DNA of 64,000 nucleotides from Verrucomicrobiota bacterium (GCA_047947115.1 CP170459.1:1632001-1696000), one strand, 5' to 3'; positions 1 through 10,813 are shown, numbered from the stretch's first letter. Notes: generated by a model not told the origin, from the sequence alone. Numbers and translations: made by a program.

Positions 1-156
1 GAATTGCGGGATCACCGCACTGACATGGATGAGGCGGCCTATTTCGAAAGACTCGAGGCCTTGTTGATTCCGTTTGCGGAATTGTATGCCGAACTGGATC
101 AAGCCACCGAATCAGAGGATTCCTCATCTCCTGAAGACGATCTGTATTTTGAGTAA
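1..156 (+). CDS. 3' end of a CDS entering the window (acidic C-terminus, product unknown)
   Basis: Frame 1 is open from base 1 (ELRDHRTDMDEAAYFERLEALL...DDLYFE) to TAA at 154-156. Confidence 0.6.
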   Translation, partial: ELRDHRTDMDEAAYFERLEALLIPFAELYAELDQATESEDSSSPEDDLYFE

Positions 157-202
157 TTAGTTGTTTTTAATCCGCACCACCGCAGTCTCGACGCCTTCGA
201 TC

Positions 203-1714
203 TTACCATTTGATGTTGGTCAAATTGACCACTTCCAGTTTCCACTGCTCAAATTCAGCGCCCAGGTGCAAGATTCCAAAGGTGTCGAAATCGTATTTGT
301 TCCCGGCACCGTAATAACTGTCCGGCGCCACATTGAAGGTGTAAACCGCTCCATCCACCAAAGGACGTTGATTCCCGGTTTCGAGCTTCAATCGGGACAA
401 GGAAGACAACTGTTCGGATTGGGAAGGGGGGATGGATTCCTGCCAGTGTCGAAAGACTCCTTTGCTGTGCACCAATCGGCGCATCATGGGATTGGGCAGG
501 CTGGAGTGTTGGTGAGCCCGCATGATAGCGCGAATTCGGTGTATGGAAGTGGATCCCTGCTTCAAGATCAGTTGTGTCAAACGGTCTCCATAAACCCATG
601 CCCGACCCGGGTCGATGGCCAATTGGGCCTCGCCTTTGGTCAGGCTGAAATCATTCCACATGAAGCCCAGAACAGTTGGTGTGGACGGGCTCGTGGGAGT
701 GTGGTCTTTGAAATTGGCATGGGCCAACTGAGCCCCGCTGCCCAGAACCGAGTCGATGCCGGGTGTTTCGGACAGGAAGGTTTGTTGCTTGATATCGCCG
801 ATGAGTTGGTAGGCGATGTCGCTTCGATGATCGAGCAGTTCGGAAGGATTATATCCGGGTTCCACTCCGCCATGATTGCATTGTACGAAATTGGTCCGAT
901 GTCCCAGGTAGATGGCGACCGGGAGGAAATCGTAGATGCGAGAGAGGGGTTTGATCGGGAATTCCGGGCCGTACTTGGCATTGACTTCCCTTATGAAACC
1001 ATATTCCAGGGTCAACCGGATGTCTTCGTGATTGCCACGCGCCATCCACACATTATCAGGGTTCTCGGCCCTGAGCCGCAGCAGCACATACATCACTTCG
1101 ACTCCGTAAGCGCCCCGGTCGGTATAATCCCCCAGGAACACCATGTGTGTGTCCGGCGATTGGATTTTAAAGCCGTTGAGCATGCCTTCATCGTTGAGTT
1201 GTTTCAGCCATGTATTCAATGAGTGAATATCCCCGTGCAGGTCTCCGTGCAGCAGGACCTTGGACTCCGCGCTGAGAAAAAGCTTCTGGGTAAAGGGCTG
1301 GAATGGAATGCCGCCACGTTCAAAATACACCCTGGAAGTGTCGTAAAATGTGGCGTCCGGTTTGTTTAAGTTCACCCAGTTGCCGGCATCAGACAACGGG
1401 CCGGTCAGTTGTAATTCAAAAAAGCGATCCAGAACCGCCCTGAATTCGTTGAGGTCCTGCATCGGCAGGAGGCTCTTGTCCGGCAATGCCATGCCGAGTT
1501 TGCGGTTGGGGGGCAGGGGATCACATTTCCTGATCCAATCCTCAAAGGAGATCCATGACTCGTCCTTGGATGTATCTGTGTTGGTGCTATTGTTGTCTGC
1601 CTTCTGTGTTTGAGCGGCTGGTGTCGTTTGCACGCTCTGTCCACACGAAAGATTCAGGCTGAGCATTACCAGTAGCCATCCGGATTGGAGTGTTTTGATG
1701 TTCAGTGGTCGCAT
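203..1714 (-). CDS. PPP-family Ser/Thr protein phosphatase (metallophosphoesterase), probable lipoprotein
   Basis: Motifs GDLHG, GDYTDRG, RGNHE, HGG, WND, RAHQ. Start moved to MRPLNIK.., which gives a signal peptide with an LSC lipobox-like site. Confidence 0.85.
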   Translation of the reverse strand: MRPLNIKTLQSGWLLVMLSLNLSCGQSVQTTPAAQTQKADNNSTNTDTSKDESWISFEDWIRKCDPLPPNRKLGMALPDKSLLPMQDLNEFRAVLDRFFELQLTGPLSDAGNWVNLNKPDATFYDTSRVYFERGGIPFQPFTQKLFLSAESKVLLHGDLHGDIHSLNTWLKQLNDEGMLNGFKIQSPDTHMVFLGDYTDRGAYGVEVMYVLLRLRAENPDNVWMARGNHEDIRLTLEYGFIREVNAKYGPEFPIKPLSRIYDFLPVAIYLGHRTNFVQCNHGGVEPGYNPSELLDHRSDIAYQLIGDIKQQTFLSETPGIDSVLGSGAQLAHANFKDHTPTSPSTPTVLGFMWNDFSLTKGEAQLAIDPGRAWVYGDRLTQLILKQGSTSIHRIRAIMRAHQHSSLPNPMMRRLVHSKGVFRHWQESIPPSQSEQLSSLSRLKLETGNQRPLVDGAVYTFNVAPDSYYGAGNKYDFDTFGILHLGAEFEQWKLEVVNLTNIKW

Positions 1715-1888
1715 GATCGTTGAACAGGTTGCTGACTCTTGGGTGTTTTGAAAGCACGAAATTGATGGGTGCATCTGGTGTGGTTCAGTTTTGGTTGCCA
1801 ACTTGCAGGTCTGCTGCATGGCGTTGAATGGGGTAAATGTCAGAAAACAACTTGCGAAATGGCTGTTCAAGTCGTATGGAATGGCCCC

Positions 1889-2452
1889 ATGAACAACACT
1901 CCAACATCTCTTCAAGGTATGGTTCAGTATGCCATTCTGTTATGTGGTTTCTTAACATCGACCCTGGGCCACGCCGCCGATCCGATAAGTTTCACGGTCA
2001 GCGACGCCGCGTTTGAAGCTCCTGCGGATTGGAAGAAAGCTTCCTCCACGTCGCCTATGCGCAAGGCGCAGTTTGCTGTGGTGCGCGAAGGTATTCAGGA
2101 TGAAGGGGAAGTTGTTTTTTATCATTTTGGTCCAGGCGCAGCCGGGGGAACCCAGGCCAATGTGCAGCGTTGGTTGGGGCAGTTTAAGGAAACCGGAGAT
2201 CAATTGGGAGCCAAGACCGAAAAGAGCGAAATTGATTCCGTAGCACTTACTTTTGTGAAAGCTTATGGCACCTATATGAGTGGCGCTCCACTCGGTCCAA
2301 AGACTCCAAAAGCCGATTATGCGCTGCTTGGAGCAATCATTGAAGCGCCCAAGGGACACATCTTCATCAAATTCACCGGCCCGCGCGATTTGGTGGATGA
2401 CGCGGACAAAGCATTCCGGAAAATGGCTCAATCCGCTCGGATTTCACGTTAA
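1889..2452 (+). CDS. Conserved hypothetical exported protein
   Basis: Signal peptide (..LLCGFLTSTLGHA) followed by MRKAQF..ANVQRWLGQF..KFTGP; start inferred. Confidence 0.7.
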   Translation: MNNTPTSLQGMVQYAILLCGFLTSTLGHAADPISFTVSDAAFEAPADWKKASSTSPMRKAQFAVVREGIQDEGEVVFYHFGPGAAGGTQANVQRWLGQFKETGDQLGAKTEKSEIDSVALTFVKAYGTYMSGAPLGPKTPKADYALLGAIIEAPKGHIFIKFTGPRDLVDDADKAFRKMAQSARISR

Positions 2453-2536
2453 AATGGCTTTTTTTGGTCAAATGGGGCCGGATTGTCACATTTCGCACTT
2501 GCCTTTTTCTGCTGGATCTCAAAGATACCCGTCCTT

Positions 2537-3226
2537 ATGAGTTCAGAAACAGAATCAACCGGAATGATTGATCTTCTGGCTTGGTACGAGACCAACAAGC
2601 AGAAGGTGGCGGGAGCAGGCGTTGTACTCCTGGTCGTCGGTTTCGTTGGCTATTTTGCCAATTGGAAGACCACACAGACCGAGTTGAATGCATCCAACGA
2701 TCTTTTCCAGGTCCGTTTGGCCATTGGTAAAGAGGAAGCCGACATCGCCGATCCGACCAAGTTGTTGAAGGTTGCTTCGGACCATTCCGGAACAGCCGCC
2801 AGCGGGCGCGCCGTCCTGTTTGCCGCCAGCGCCTATTTCGAGAAAGGGCAATACGACGAAGCCCTGAAACAATTTGAAGCCTTCCTTGCCGGCAACGGGG
2901 ACAGTCCTCTGCGCGGTACGGCCATGTATTGCGCTGCTGCGTGTAAAGACGCTCTGGGGCAGACAACCGAAGCCATTGACGGGTATCGACGTGTCGCCAG
3001 CAGTTTTGCCAATTCTTACGTCGCCTTCCAAGCCAAATTGGCCATGGGGGGACTCTATGAGTCTCAGGGTGAAGCTTCCCAGGCGCTGGCTGTTTATGAT
3101 GAGCTTTCTCACACGACAGTCCCGGTGACCTACAGTAGCGAAGCCGGTTCACGTCGCGAATCGCTGTTGAAGAAACACCCCGAGCTGGCTCCTGCCGAAG
3201 AAGCTGTCGTTGAATCGGCTGAATAA
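2537..3226 (+). CDS. Membrane-anchored TPR protein (YfgM-like)
   Basis: Single N-terminal TM helix followed by helical TPR-like repeats (AYFEKGQYDEALKQFE, ALGQTTEAIDGY). Confidence 0.75.
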   Translation: MSSETESTGMIDLLAWYETNKQKVAGAGVVLLVVGFVGYFANWKTTQTELNASNDLFQVRLAIGKEEADIADPTKLLKVASDHSGTAASGRAVLFAASAYFEKGQYDEALKQFEAFLAGNGDSPLRGTAMYCAAACKDALGQTTEAIDGYRRVASSFANSYVAFQAKLAMGGLYESQGEASQALAVYDELSHTTVPVTYSSEAGSRRESLLKKHPELAPAEEAVVESAE

Positions 3227-3295
3227 GGGGTTGTTTCACTGACATTTCAATGAGTTTTATACGCGGCGGCACTTTCGAGTGACCGCCGTTTTTTT

Positions 3296-3703
3296 ATGAA
3301 TCAACCGTTCATCGAAGTTGCTGCAGCATTGATCTTCCGCGACTCAAAACTTCTCATCGCCCAACGGCCTCCCGGCGTCCACCTCGCCGGATTATGGGAA
3401 TTCCCGGGCGGCAAACGGGAATCCGGTGAGACCTTCGAAACCTGCCTTCTGCGCGAGATCCGCGAGGAACTGGATTGTGATATCCGCGTGGGCGATCTGG
3501 TGTTCCAGACAAAGCATGACTATCCTGGCAAATCCATTGACATTCGTTTTTATCAATGCCAACTACATCAAGGGGAGCCTAAACCGGTGGAATGTGCTGC
3601 AGTGGAATGGATCTCCGTAGCACAATTAAGAGATTTTGAGTTTCCCAAAGCCGATGAAAAACTGTTGTATCTCTTAACCAGCCGCACTGATCTTTGGAGT
3701 TGA
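3296..3703 (+). CDS. mutT: NUDIX hydrolase, MutT/NudG-like (d)NTP pyrophosphohydrolase
   Basis: LWEFPGGKRESGETFETCLLREIREEL Nudix box; C-terminal FPKAD. Confidence 0.85.
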   Translation: MNQPFIEVAAALIFRDSKLLIAQRPPGVHLAGLWEFPGGKRESGETFETCLLREIREELDCDIRVGDLVFQTKHDYPGKSIDIRFYQCQLHQGEPKPVECAAVEWISVAQLRDFEFPKADEKLLYLLTSRTDLWS

Positions 3704-3743
3704 AAAGTGAGGGAGCAAAACATGATTCGATCCCTCTCACGCT

Positions 3744-4568
3744 TTGGAAGAAAAATATGACGACAAGCTGTGTGTTTTAGAAAGGAAGAGGATTGTGAGT
3801 ATTGCTCGAATAAAAGCCGGATGGTTTTGTTTTTTTGTCATGGTGGCTATTGCTTTGACCTCCTGTCGTTCCCATTCTGATCTTTCTTCCAACCGATCAC
3901 ATGCCTTAAAAGACTTTAGAAAAGTTCGATTGGATCATGGAGTTGCCTTGTTGTTTGAGGATGAGGGCCATCTGGCTTCGCATCACCCGGTGATCGAACA
4001 GGAAGTTCGCCGCACTATTGAAGTTGTTGCCGCGAAATGGGTCATTGGGCGACTTTCCATCCGGGTCTTCGCCAGTCAAACCAACGTGATTCCTGAAATT
4101 GGATTGAACGGATACACGCCATCGGCGACCGAAATCCGATTGTTCGTTCATCCCACGTTTCAATCATTGGATGATTCGATCGAGACCCATTTGTTCCCCC
4201 TGTTGGCTCATGAAATGCACCATGCACGACGTACCCGCTTGGTGGGTTACGGTTCTACTCTGCTTGAAGCGGTTGTTTCCGAAGGCTTGGCGGACCATTT
4301 TTCGATGGAAGTTGCCGGCGTCGAACCTCCCGTCTGGTCGGTCTCGGTTCAGGGAGAAACATTGGATCACTGGATATTCAAAGCCTCCGAGGCCTGGCTG
4401 GAACCGGGCTATCGCCATGCCGAGTGGTTCTACGGTACTCACCCCGATATTCCGCGCTGGACTGGTTACTCCAGAGGGTTCGCACTGGTGGACCGATAAC
4501 TTCAGACGCATCCGCATCAAAGCGCTTCACAGCTGGTTGGGGCATTCGCCAGTGCCTTTGTGTCTTAA
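3744..4568 (+). pseudogene. DUF2268-like Zn-dependent protease with premature stop
   Basis: HEMHH zincin motif, EGLADHF, PRWTGY. In-frame TAA at 4497-4499 is followed by 22 more plausible codons (LQTHPHQSASQLVGAFASAFVS) to TAA at 4566-4568; start uncertain. Confidence 0.65.
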
Positions 4569-4679
4569 GATCGGCTGGTCCATGAAGGTGACGTTTTGGT
4601 GTAAACCCGATTTTTGCAACTTATGCCCCAAAACAAGCATGAGCGTGTGGCGTCACCACCAGCGACTGGTTGAAGCATA

Positions 4680-4964
4680 TCAGCGATAATTTTTGAGGTC
4701 GCGGTAGTAATTTTCGTGGGATCCGAAGGTGAGTAATACAATCTCATTCTCCAGCTCCTCAAAGCCCAATAGAATTTGCTGCTTGTTCATCGTAAATTTG
4801 TAAATGCGAACCCCTTTTAAATCGCCCACCTTGGCTTGTTCTGCTTCAGGATTCTCCCAAATAAACCGGACTGCTTCGTCCAGAGTTTTCTTTTCTGTTT
4901 TGTTAAGTTTTTTGGCTTTTCGGCGAAATAGAGGTGATGTCGTTAAATTTTTACCCGAAGACAT
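4680..4964 (-). CDS. Type II toxin, RelE/ParE superfamily
   Basis: Basic ~94 aa protein with KVGDLKGVRIYKF and FGSHENYYRDLK; overlaps the upstream antitoxin. Confidence 0.85.
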   Translation of the reverse strand: MSSGKNLTTSPLFRRKAKKLNKTEKKTLDEAVRFIWENPEAEQAKVGDLKGVRIYKFTMNKQQILLGFEELENEIVLLTFGSHENYYRDLKNYR

Positions 4965-5166
4965 ATTCCTCCTTATCCATCTTGGCTTCTTCACGCGCCA
5001 ATAGGAGCTCTCTTATGAAAGAATAGGTCAAATCAGGGTTTTCTTCCGCGATTCGTCCGATCCGAGCCCAGTATTCAACTTGGCCGGTCAGGGAGCGCTT
5101 TTCTACTTTACTGCGTGACTTCGCTTCCATCGCCAGTTCCTTGGAAATTCTAATGACAGAACTCAT
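4951..5166 (-). CDS. ParD-like (RHH) antitoxin
   Basis: 71 aa, RSLTGQVEYWARIGRIAEENPDL; directly upstream of the toxin. Confidence 0.85.
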   Translation of the reverse strand: MSSVIRISKELAMEAKSRSKVEKRSLTGQVEYWARIGRIAEENPDLTYSFIRELLLAREEAKMDKEEYVFG

Positions 5167-5173
5167 GCTTCAA

Positions 5174-5201
5174 AAAGTAGTGTTTAGCTACACATTGTCA
5201 A
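5174..5201 (-). promoter_or_regulatory. sigma70-type promoter of the TA operon with overlapping inverted repeat (probable autorepression operator)
   Basis: TTGACA-N16-TACTTT; GTAG..CTAC inverted repeat overlaps the spacer and -10; -10 ends 7 nt before the ATG. Confidence 0.55.
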
Positions 5202-5437
5202 TATTCGCTTCAAAGCTTTTAATCAGCGGATCCTAATGCCTTAAGCACCGGCTTGGTGATGCTCCCGCATTCCAGAGGCGCGTTTGCTTCGTGTGGATCT
5301 TTCCGGGGTGAGGTTGTTGTCGGCTTTGGTAGTGATCTTGTTGGATTTGCGTTGCTTTTTGGGTGGGGTTGTGATCTGGTTTGTTTATATCTAATTCCAG
5401 TTCAACCACAAATAGACCGTTGCATAGGTCTTCTTGA

Positions 5438-6571
5438 GTGATGCCAAAGAGTCCCTGTCATATTTGTAATCAACCGTTGGAGTATCCCGAGGAACTTGCG
5501 GGGCAGCAGGTGGAGTGTCCTCATTGCGGGACGCAGACCAAGTTGCCGGTCATGTCCGATATTCTGGTGCGTATTCCTTCAGCGGTAGATGAGAGCATTC
5601 GGCAAAGTGCCGAATCTCCCATCGCCAGCGTCGCTCAGAAGGTGCTTTCCAATATGGGTAAAGTGGTCGTAGGGAAGGAAGAGACCATGGCGTTGGCTTT
5701 GACCGCGTGTCTGGCCGATGGTCATGTTTTGTTTGAGGATGTGCCGGGTGTCGCTAAAACCATGTTGGCGCGCGCCATGGCAATCAGTATGGGGTGTCCG
5801 TTCAAACGGATCCAATGTACGCCCGATCTATTGCCGAGTGATATTTCCGGTTCCTCGGTTTTTAATCCAAAGACCACGGATTTCGAATTTCGTGCCGGTC
5901 CGCTTTTCACGCAGGTGTTGTTGGCGGATGAAATCAATCGTGCCACGCCGCGCGCCCAGTCCGCCTTGTTGGAGGCGATGGCGGAACGTAAGGTGACGGT
6001 GGATGGAAAAACGCATGCATTGGAAGCGCCCTTCTTTTTGATTGCCACTCAAAATCCCATTGATCATGAGGGCACCTTTCCGCTGCCGGAAGCGCAGTTG
6101 GATCGTTTTTTGATGCGTCTGCAGTTGGGGTATCCCGGTACGGATCTGGAGATTCAGATGCTTCAGAACAATCAGTTGCAACATCCTATTGAAACATTGG
6201 AAGCTGTCACAGATTCCAGTGAAGTTTTGGAATGCCAAACCGCCGTGCGAAACATCAAGGTGCATCCCAAAGTGGCGGGTTATATTGTGGATATCGTGGA
6301 AGCTTCCAGGGGCCACGATGATATCCAGCTTGGTGCGAGTCCTCGAGCTTCTTTGGCCTTGTTTCGTTGTGCACAAGCTTACGCAGGAATTCATGGCTAT
6401 GATTTTGTGACTCCCGACGATGTCAAATATCTGGCTCCGTTCATCATGATGCATCGCCTGTTGTTGAAACCGGAAACCCGCCTGAGGAAGCGATCCTCCA
6501 AAGACATCATGCGCGACATCCTCAACTCCATTACCGTTCCTCAAATTCGGACCGAAGATTTGAACGCATGA
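5438..6571 (+). CDS. MoxR family AAA+ ATPase with N-terminal Zn-ribbon
   Basis: EDVPGVAKT Walker A, LLADEINRA Walker B, ATQNP, LPEAQLDRF; N-terminal CHIC..CPHC. Confidence 0.92.
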   Translation: MMPKSPCHICNQPLEYPEELAGQQVECPHCGTQTKLPVMSDILVRIPSAVDESIRQSAESPIASVAQKVLSNMGKVVVGKEETMALALTACLADGHVLFEDVPGVAKTMLARAMAISMGCPFKRIQCTPDLLPSDISGSSVFNPKTTDFEFRAGPLFTQVLLADEINRATPRAQSALLEAMAERKVTVDGKTHALEAPFFLIATQNPIDHEGTFPLPEAQLDRFLMRLQLGYPGTDLEIQMLQNNQLQHPIETLEAVTDSSEVLECQTAVRNIKVHPKVAGYIVDIVEASRGHDDIQLGASPRASLALFRCAQAYAGIHGYDFVTPDDVKYLAPFIMMHRLLLKPETRLRKRSSKDIMRDILNSITVPQIRTEDLNA

Positions 6572-7887
6572 AATGGATTGTCGGCACTCTCATTCTGCTG
6601 CTGATCGGTTTTGTTCTTCAGCTCAGCTTGCTGGTTTATTCCATGTATGTATTGGGTGGGATTCTGTTTGTGACACGAACCTTGTCCGCCATTTGGATCA
6701 AAGGACTGCAATGCTCCCGACACATTCATCAGACGGAGGCGGAGATAGGGGACATCGTCAAAATATCCGTCAAACTGAAGAACATTCATCCCTTTAACAT
6801 TCCCTGGGTTTTGTTCGAAGAAGAAGGTCCGAAAGATGACCTTATCTGCACACCGGTCAAGCTTCAGCTTAAGGGACCGCGGCTGGGGATCGAACGTTTC
6901 AAATCCGGGGCGATCAAGTTTTGGACCTATGAAGCAACCATGAAGGCTCGCGGGTATTATGTTTTTGGTCCGGCGCAGGTGGAAACGGGGGATGTGTTCG
7001 GGTTGCATCGAAAGCACCGGACCTTTGGGAAGCGGGATGGGGTTTTGGTGTTGCCAAAGGTGTTGCCTATTTTGCGCAATCAGTGGGCTTCCAACCGTGC
7101 GTTGGGAGAAACCCGGATCACGCACCGATTGTTTGAAGACCCCGCGAGATTTTCAGGGATTCGTCCCTATCAGGCGGGTGATCCGTTGAACCGGATTCAT
7201 TGGCGTGCCACGGCGAGGGCAGGGGAATTGCAGACACGCATGTTTGATCCATCCTGTATCCAGGGAGCCACGCTGATGGTTGATTTCCATGCATCCTCTT
7301 TTGGGGGAGGGAAGGATCATGGGGAAGCCGAGTTGCTGGTGACCACGACGGCGTCGTTGGCACATGCATTTGATGAGGCTGGTGAGCAGATTGGTCTGGT
7401 GGCATTGGCCGGAAACAAGGCCGAGCGGATTCAGCAGGAGGACAGGGAGGCGTTGAAACGATTGTATCGGCCATGGTTTTCTTCACAACCTCGCGAGAAA
7501 CGGCAACTCGAGCAATCCATCATCGTACCCACCCGGAAAGGAGGGGGGCAGCTACAGGTCATCAAGGAAGCGCTTGCCAAAATGGAGTTCGCCGGTGACG
7601 CGCTGTTTGATGAATGGATCATTGAATACAAAAACTGGCTGCCCCGGGATGCATCGGTCATTGTGCTGGCTCACGAACTGACTTCCGCTTTGATTCAAGG
7701 GATCGTGACACTCAAGGCATCCGGTTATCGGGTTTCCATGGTGCAGGTCAATTGGCAGAGTGAACTCAAACCCGACTGGGCTGCTCCATCTGAAGAACGT
7801 GCGGAGTTGGCTGCCACCGGGGTTCCGTGTTTCCATGTCAGGCAGGAGGAAGACATCGCCTGGCTTGGGAGTGATTTGTTGATTTAG
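6568..7887 (+). CDS. DUF58 domain-containing membrane protein
   Basis: IRPYQAGDPLNRIHWRATAR motif; ATGA overlap with moxR. Confidence 0.9.
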   Translation: MKWIVGTLILLLIGFVLQLSLLVYSMYVLGGILFVTRTLSAIWIKGLQCSRHIHQTEAEIGDIVKISVKLKNIHPFNIPWVLFEEEGPKDDLICTPVKLQLKGPRLGIERFKSGAIKFWTYEATMKARGYYVFGPAQVETGDVFGLHRKHRTFGKRDGVLVLPKVLPILRNQWASNRALGETRITHRLFEDPARFSGIRPYQAGDPLNRIHWRATARAGELQTRMFDPSCIQGATLMVDFHASSFGGGKDHGEAELLVTTTASLAHAFDEAGEQIGLVALAGNKAERIQQEDREALKRLYRPWFSSQPREKRQLEQSIIVPTRKGGGQLQVIKEALAKMEFAGDALFDEWIIEYKNWLPRDASVIVLAHELTSALIQGIVTLKASGYRVSMVQVNWQSELKPDWAAPSEERAELAATGVPCFHVRQEEDIAWLGSDLLI

Positions 7888-7992
7888 ATCCTGTGAGCAA
7901 TAAAAAGTCCGAAGCAAGATTCTCTCATGTTGATAACGACGCTACTGGAATTGTTGACCAGTGGAGAATGCGGATCCCCCTATTCGTTTTCT

Positions 7993-8016
7993 CGCAAAGG
8001 CGCAAAGGGCGCAGAG
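7993..8016. repeat. Short intergenic CGCAAAG-type repeat
   Basis: CGCAAAGG CGCAAAGGG CGCAGAG tandem units. Confidence 0.45.
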
Positions 8017-8250
8017 TTTTTTAGACAACGGAGGGATGATTCCGCATGCGGGGCTCACCTCCAAATTTCCCCCTCGAAAACGTCTCGGGGCATATGAGAT
8101 GGAACGCGGGGGGCTGAGGTTAATCGAAGGACTGTGGCGATTCCATTGCAGCGTAAAAATGGTTCCATAGTTCTGAGGAATGAAGTGGGTGTAAGGCGGC
8201 GCTTACCCCTCCGGTCGTGGGGATGTATTTTGGCCTGTGCCTGATGCGGA

Positions 8251-9003
8251 TCAGGGGAGGAGAATCTCTTTTCGGAGGCGTGCGAGTTTGGCTTCGGGCA
8301 ATCTTGTGTCTCTGCTTCCGGGGGATGGGTTTTCTGTTGCCACATGGCCGTCGCAAAATGCGACCACTGCTCGTTCATCATGCCGAAAATGTCCGTTTGC
8401 GTAGGCGCCCGGGCCATCGTTGATATAGTAGAATTCTTCGACCATCGGATGATCCGGTGAAGCGGGTGCTTGAAAGTCGTTGATTTGGGCGGCATCGGCA
8501 AACAGGGAAGTTCCGGAAGGATTGGATAATTGCGGAATGATCATCCCTCCTTGTTTGCTGCTGGGAGATGGAGTTCCATTCACGGCGAGATGAAGGTTGT
8601 AGCCGTAACCGAAAGAAGCTCCCAGTGCTTTGGGTTTGTAAAGTGGATCATGGAATCGAAAGGACGGGCAGATACCTACACCCTTGCCGCCCAGGTAAGG
8701 CCAGAGAACCCCTTTGCTATGGTCGATCTTGCGCTCCCCTTCCGGACCTTTCCCAAGCCATCCAAACCAGTAGATCATGCCATTGTCGATGGATTGCCCT
8801 GAATAAGACCAGGCTCGCTGATCCTGATCGTTCCAATACATTTGTCCCGCCAGTCCCAGTTGTTTTTGATTGGAAGTGCACTGGATCTGACGGGCTCGTG
8901 CTTTGGCGGATGCGAGTGCCGCAGTGAGCAGGGACGCAAGGATGCCGATGATGGCGATCACCACCATCAGCTCGATCAGCGTGAATCCCTGTCGTTTGCT
9001 CAT
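8251..9003 (-). CDS. Prepilin-type N-terminal cleavage/methylation protein with H-X9-DG C-terminal motif (DUF1559-like)
   Basis: [44 protein letters not shown]. Confidence 0.9.
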   Translation of the reverse strand: MSKRQGFTLIELMVVIAIIGILASLLTAALASAKARARQIQCTSNQKQLGLAGQMYWNDQDQRAWSYSGQSIDNGMIYWFGWLGKGPEGERKIDHSKGVLWPYLGGKGVGICPSFRFHDPLYKPKALGASFGYGYNLHLAVNGTPSPSSKQGGMIIPQLSNPSGTSLFADAAQINDFQAPASPDHPMVEEFYYINDGPGAYANGHFRHDERAVVAFCDGHVATENPSPGSRDTRLPEAKLARLRKEILLP

Positions 9004-10742
9004 GGTTTCGGATGGCTTCGGACGCGATAGAATCCGGCGGTTTGCTCTGGGCCCAGGTCCTTGATCGACAGGGCACCATTCGCATCAGGTGAAGCGTAGC
9101 CTCGCGTTTCCCAGTCAGTGAAATTGTCGGTGCTTTCCAGCCAGTATTCCCATCCTGCGCGTGCCTGAGTCTTGATCCTGATGGATAATTCATCCCGCTC
9201 GATGCCTTCAATGTGGAGGGCGGTATGACGTTGAATGGACACGTTGTCCACCCAACCGTTGGCCAGGATGGAGCCATCCCATTCCGGTGATGGTTGTTGA
9301 GCATCGCTGTAATTGATCAGGGCAAAGGCATCCACATTGATTTCGGTGAAACCTCCCGCCGGACCTCCGAAGACGGTTCCCAGGTTTGCGTCTTTGATGG
9401 GGCCGAAGGGGGATCCGTCTTCGGTCATGGTTGTTCGCAGGGTTTGATCAGCGGCGGTGTAGTTTAGTTCCACTTCGTAGACGGATCCGGTTTGCAGTTC
9501 CAGTGGAAAGGTGTTTTCCACCGACCACTGATTGTCCTGGGAAATGAGGCCGGAGGAAATGGTGGCCCCAAATCCGGAATCCGGATGATAGCTCCATTCC
9601 ACCAATCCTCGAGGTCCATAATCAGCGTGAATACCCGACCCCCGGTAGAATTTGTCCCGGAAGGCTTCCCTGGTTTGGATCAGGCCGATGGCCAGGGGAA
9701 AGGTGAAACTCTTTTCAGGATCAATGCCCAGTTCGATGTGGTCGAGTAGAAGTGTGAAAGAGACACTGAAATCCTCATGGCGGGTAATCCTGGAGCCAAA
9801 CGGGAGGTAAAAGTAACTGTTGGGCTTTCGCGAATCCCAGGTGACTGAGAGTCGTTCATGCTCTGAATCCCAAGCAAACAAACTGGAATCACCGAAGGCG
9901 CGCCAGCCGGATGGCTCCGTGGGGTTTGTTGAAAAATCTTCTTCGTGATGGTTTGAATAGCTGGTTGCAGCGGGGCCCACAATGGAAGCGGCGTCCAGTT
10001 CGATTTTTCCGGAGGTGACTTCGATTTTTACATATCTTGCGGCAAAGTCTTCCGGGCTGCCCATGGCCCAGTCAAGATCGAAACCCGTTCCCCCTCCGGA
10101 GCCTTGGTAGAGGTCGCGGATGGCATTGTGTCCTGCCTGATCGAAATCAGCCCGCCCCAACATCGGATTGACCGGAATATGGAAATGACCGGATCCATCC
10201 GTAGGAAAATAGGCATCCAATTTGGGTGTTTTTACAGAATTCAATGAATAGAATACCACGTTGTCCTCACTCACACTGATGGACACTTCCGCCGTATCGT
10301 TTCCGAATAGGGAACCATCGGTGATCCCTCCACCTGAGTAATCGCCATTAATGATGTTGAAGCCGGTATGGCCAAACAGGATGAAATCCAGGCCGTAAGG
10401 ATTGTCGGGATGATTAAAAATTGGCGTGTCGAACGAAAGGATCACAGAACCTCCTTCACCGACTGAAAGCAATTGTTCGGAGAGGTAAGGCGGTGAAAAT
10501 GGATCAACAGGGCCCCCGAACGGTCCAGGAGTGATGCGTGATGGTTCACCCAGCACGGCCAGCGTGTTGGTGTAGCCTAAGCCGGAACCGAACTCCACGG
10601 CAAATCCAGTTCCGGGGGTGTATGCAATCACTTCTGTAGCATAAGAGGAGGCATTGGAACGGGTGAATGAACTGAGCGAACCCAAAGTGAACAAAAGTAA
10701 AATGAGAGACTTTGAATTGATGGGGATGTGATGATGTTTCAT
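9000..10742 (-). CDS. Secreted multi-domain cell-surface protein, first gene under the cobalamin riboswitch
   Basis: Start [21 protein letters not shown] gives a signal peptide; beta-rich domains; C-terminal ..[18 protein letters not shown] domain; ATGA coupling to the pilin-like gene. Confidence 0.75.
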   Translation of the reverse strand: MKHHHIPINSKSLILLLFTLGSLSSFTRSNASSYATEVIAYTPGTGFAVEFGSGLGYTNTLAVLGEPSRITPGPFGGPVDPFSPPYLSEQLLSVGEGGSVILSFDTPIFNHPDNPYGLDFILFGHTGFNIINGDYSGGGITDGSLFGNDTAEVSISVSEDNVVFYSLNSVKTPKLDAYFPTDGSGHFHIPVNPMLGRADFDQAGHNAIRDLYQGSGGGTGFDLDWAMGSPEDFAARYVKIEVTSGKIELDAASIVGPAATSYSNHHEEDFSTNPTEPSGWRAFGDSSLFAWDSEHERLSVTWDSRKPNSYFYLPFGSRITRHEDFSVSFTLLLDHIELGIDPEKSFTFPLAIGLIQTREAFRDKFYRGSGIHADYGPRGLVEWSYHPDSGFGATISSGLISQDNQWSVENTFPLELQTGSVYEVELNYTAADQTLRTTMTEDGSPFGPIKDANLGTVFGGPAGGFTEINVDAFALINYSDAQQPSPEWDGSILANGWVDNVSIQRHTALHIEGIERDELSIRIKTQARAGWEYWLESTDNFTDWETRGYASPDANGALSIKDLGPEQTAGFYRVRSHPKP

Positions 10743-10813
10743 GGATACTGGTCTTTCTAATGATTCCTGAACGGAATGGATTTGGGCTGTTGAAGACCAG
10801 GTGGAGGGGACAC

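Noticed and set aside
161..1222. 353-aa plus-strand ORF (and similar long ORFs at 2535-3272, 5828-6544, 14117-15106, 18081-18698, 32892-33497, 45924-46670, 57669-58316)
   Set aside because: Antisense shadows of well-supported genes, with no recognisable motifs
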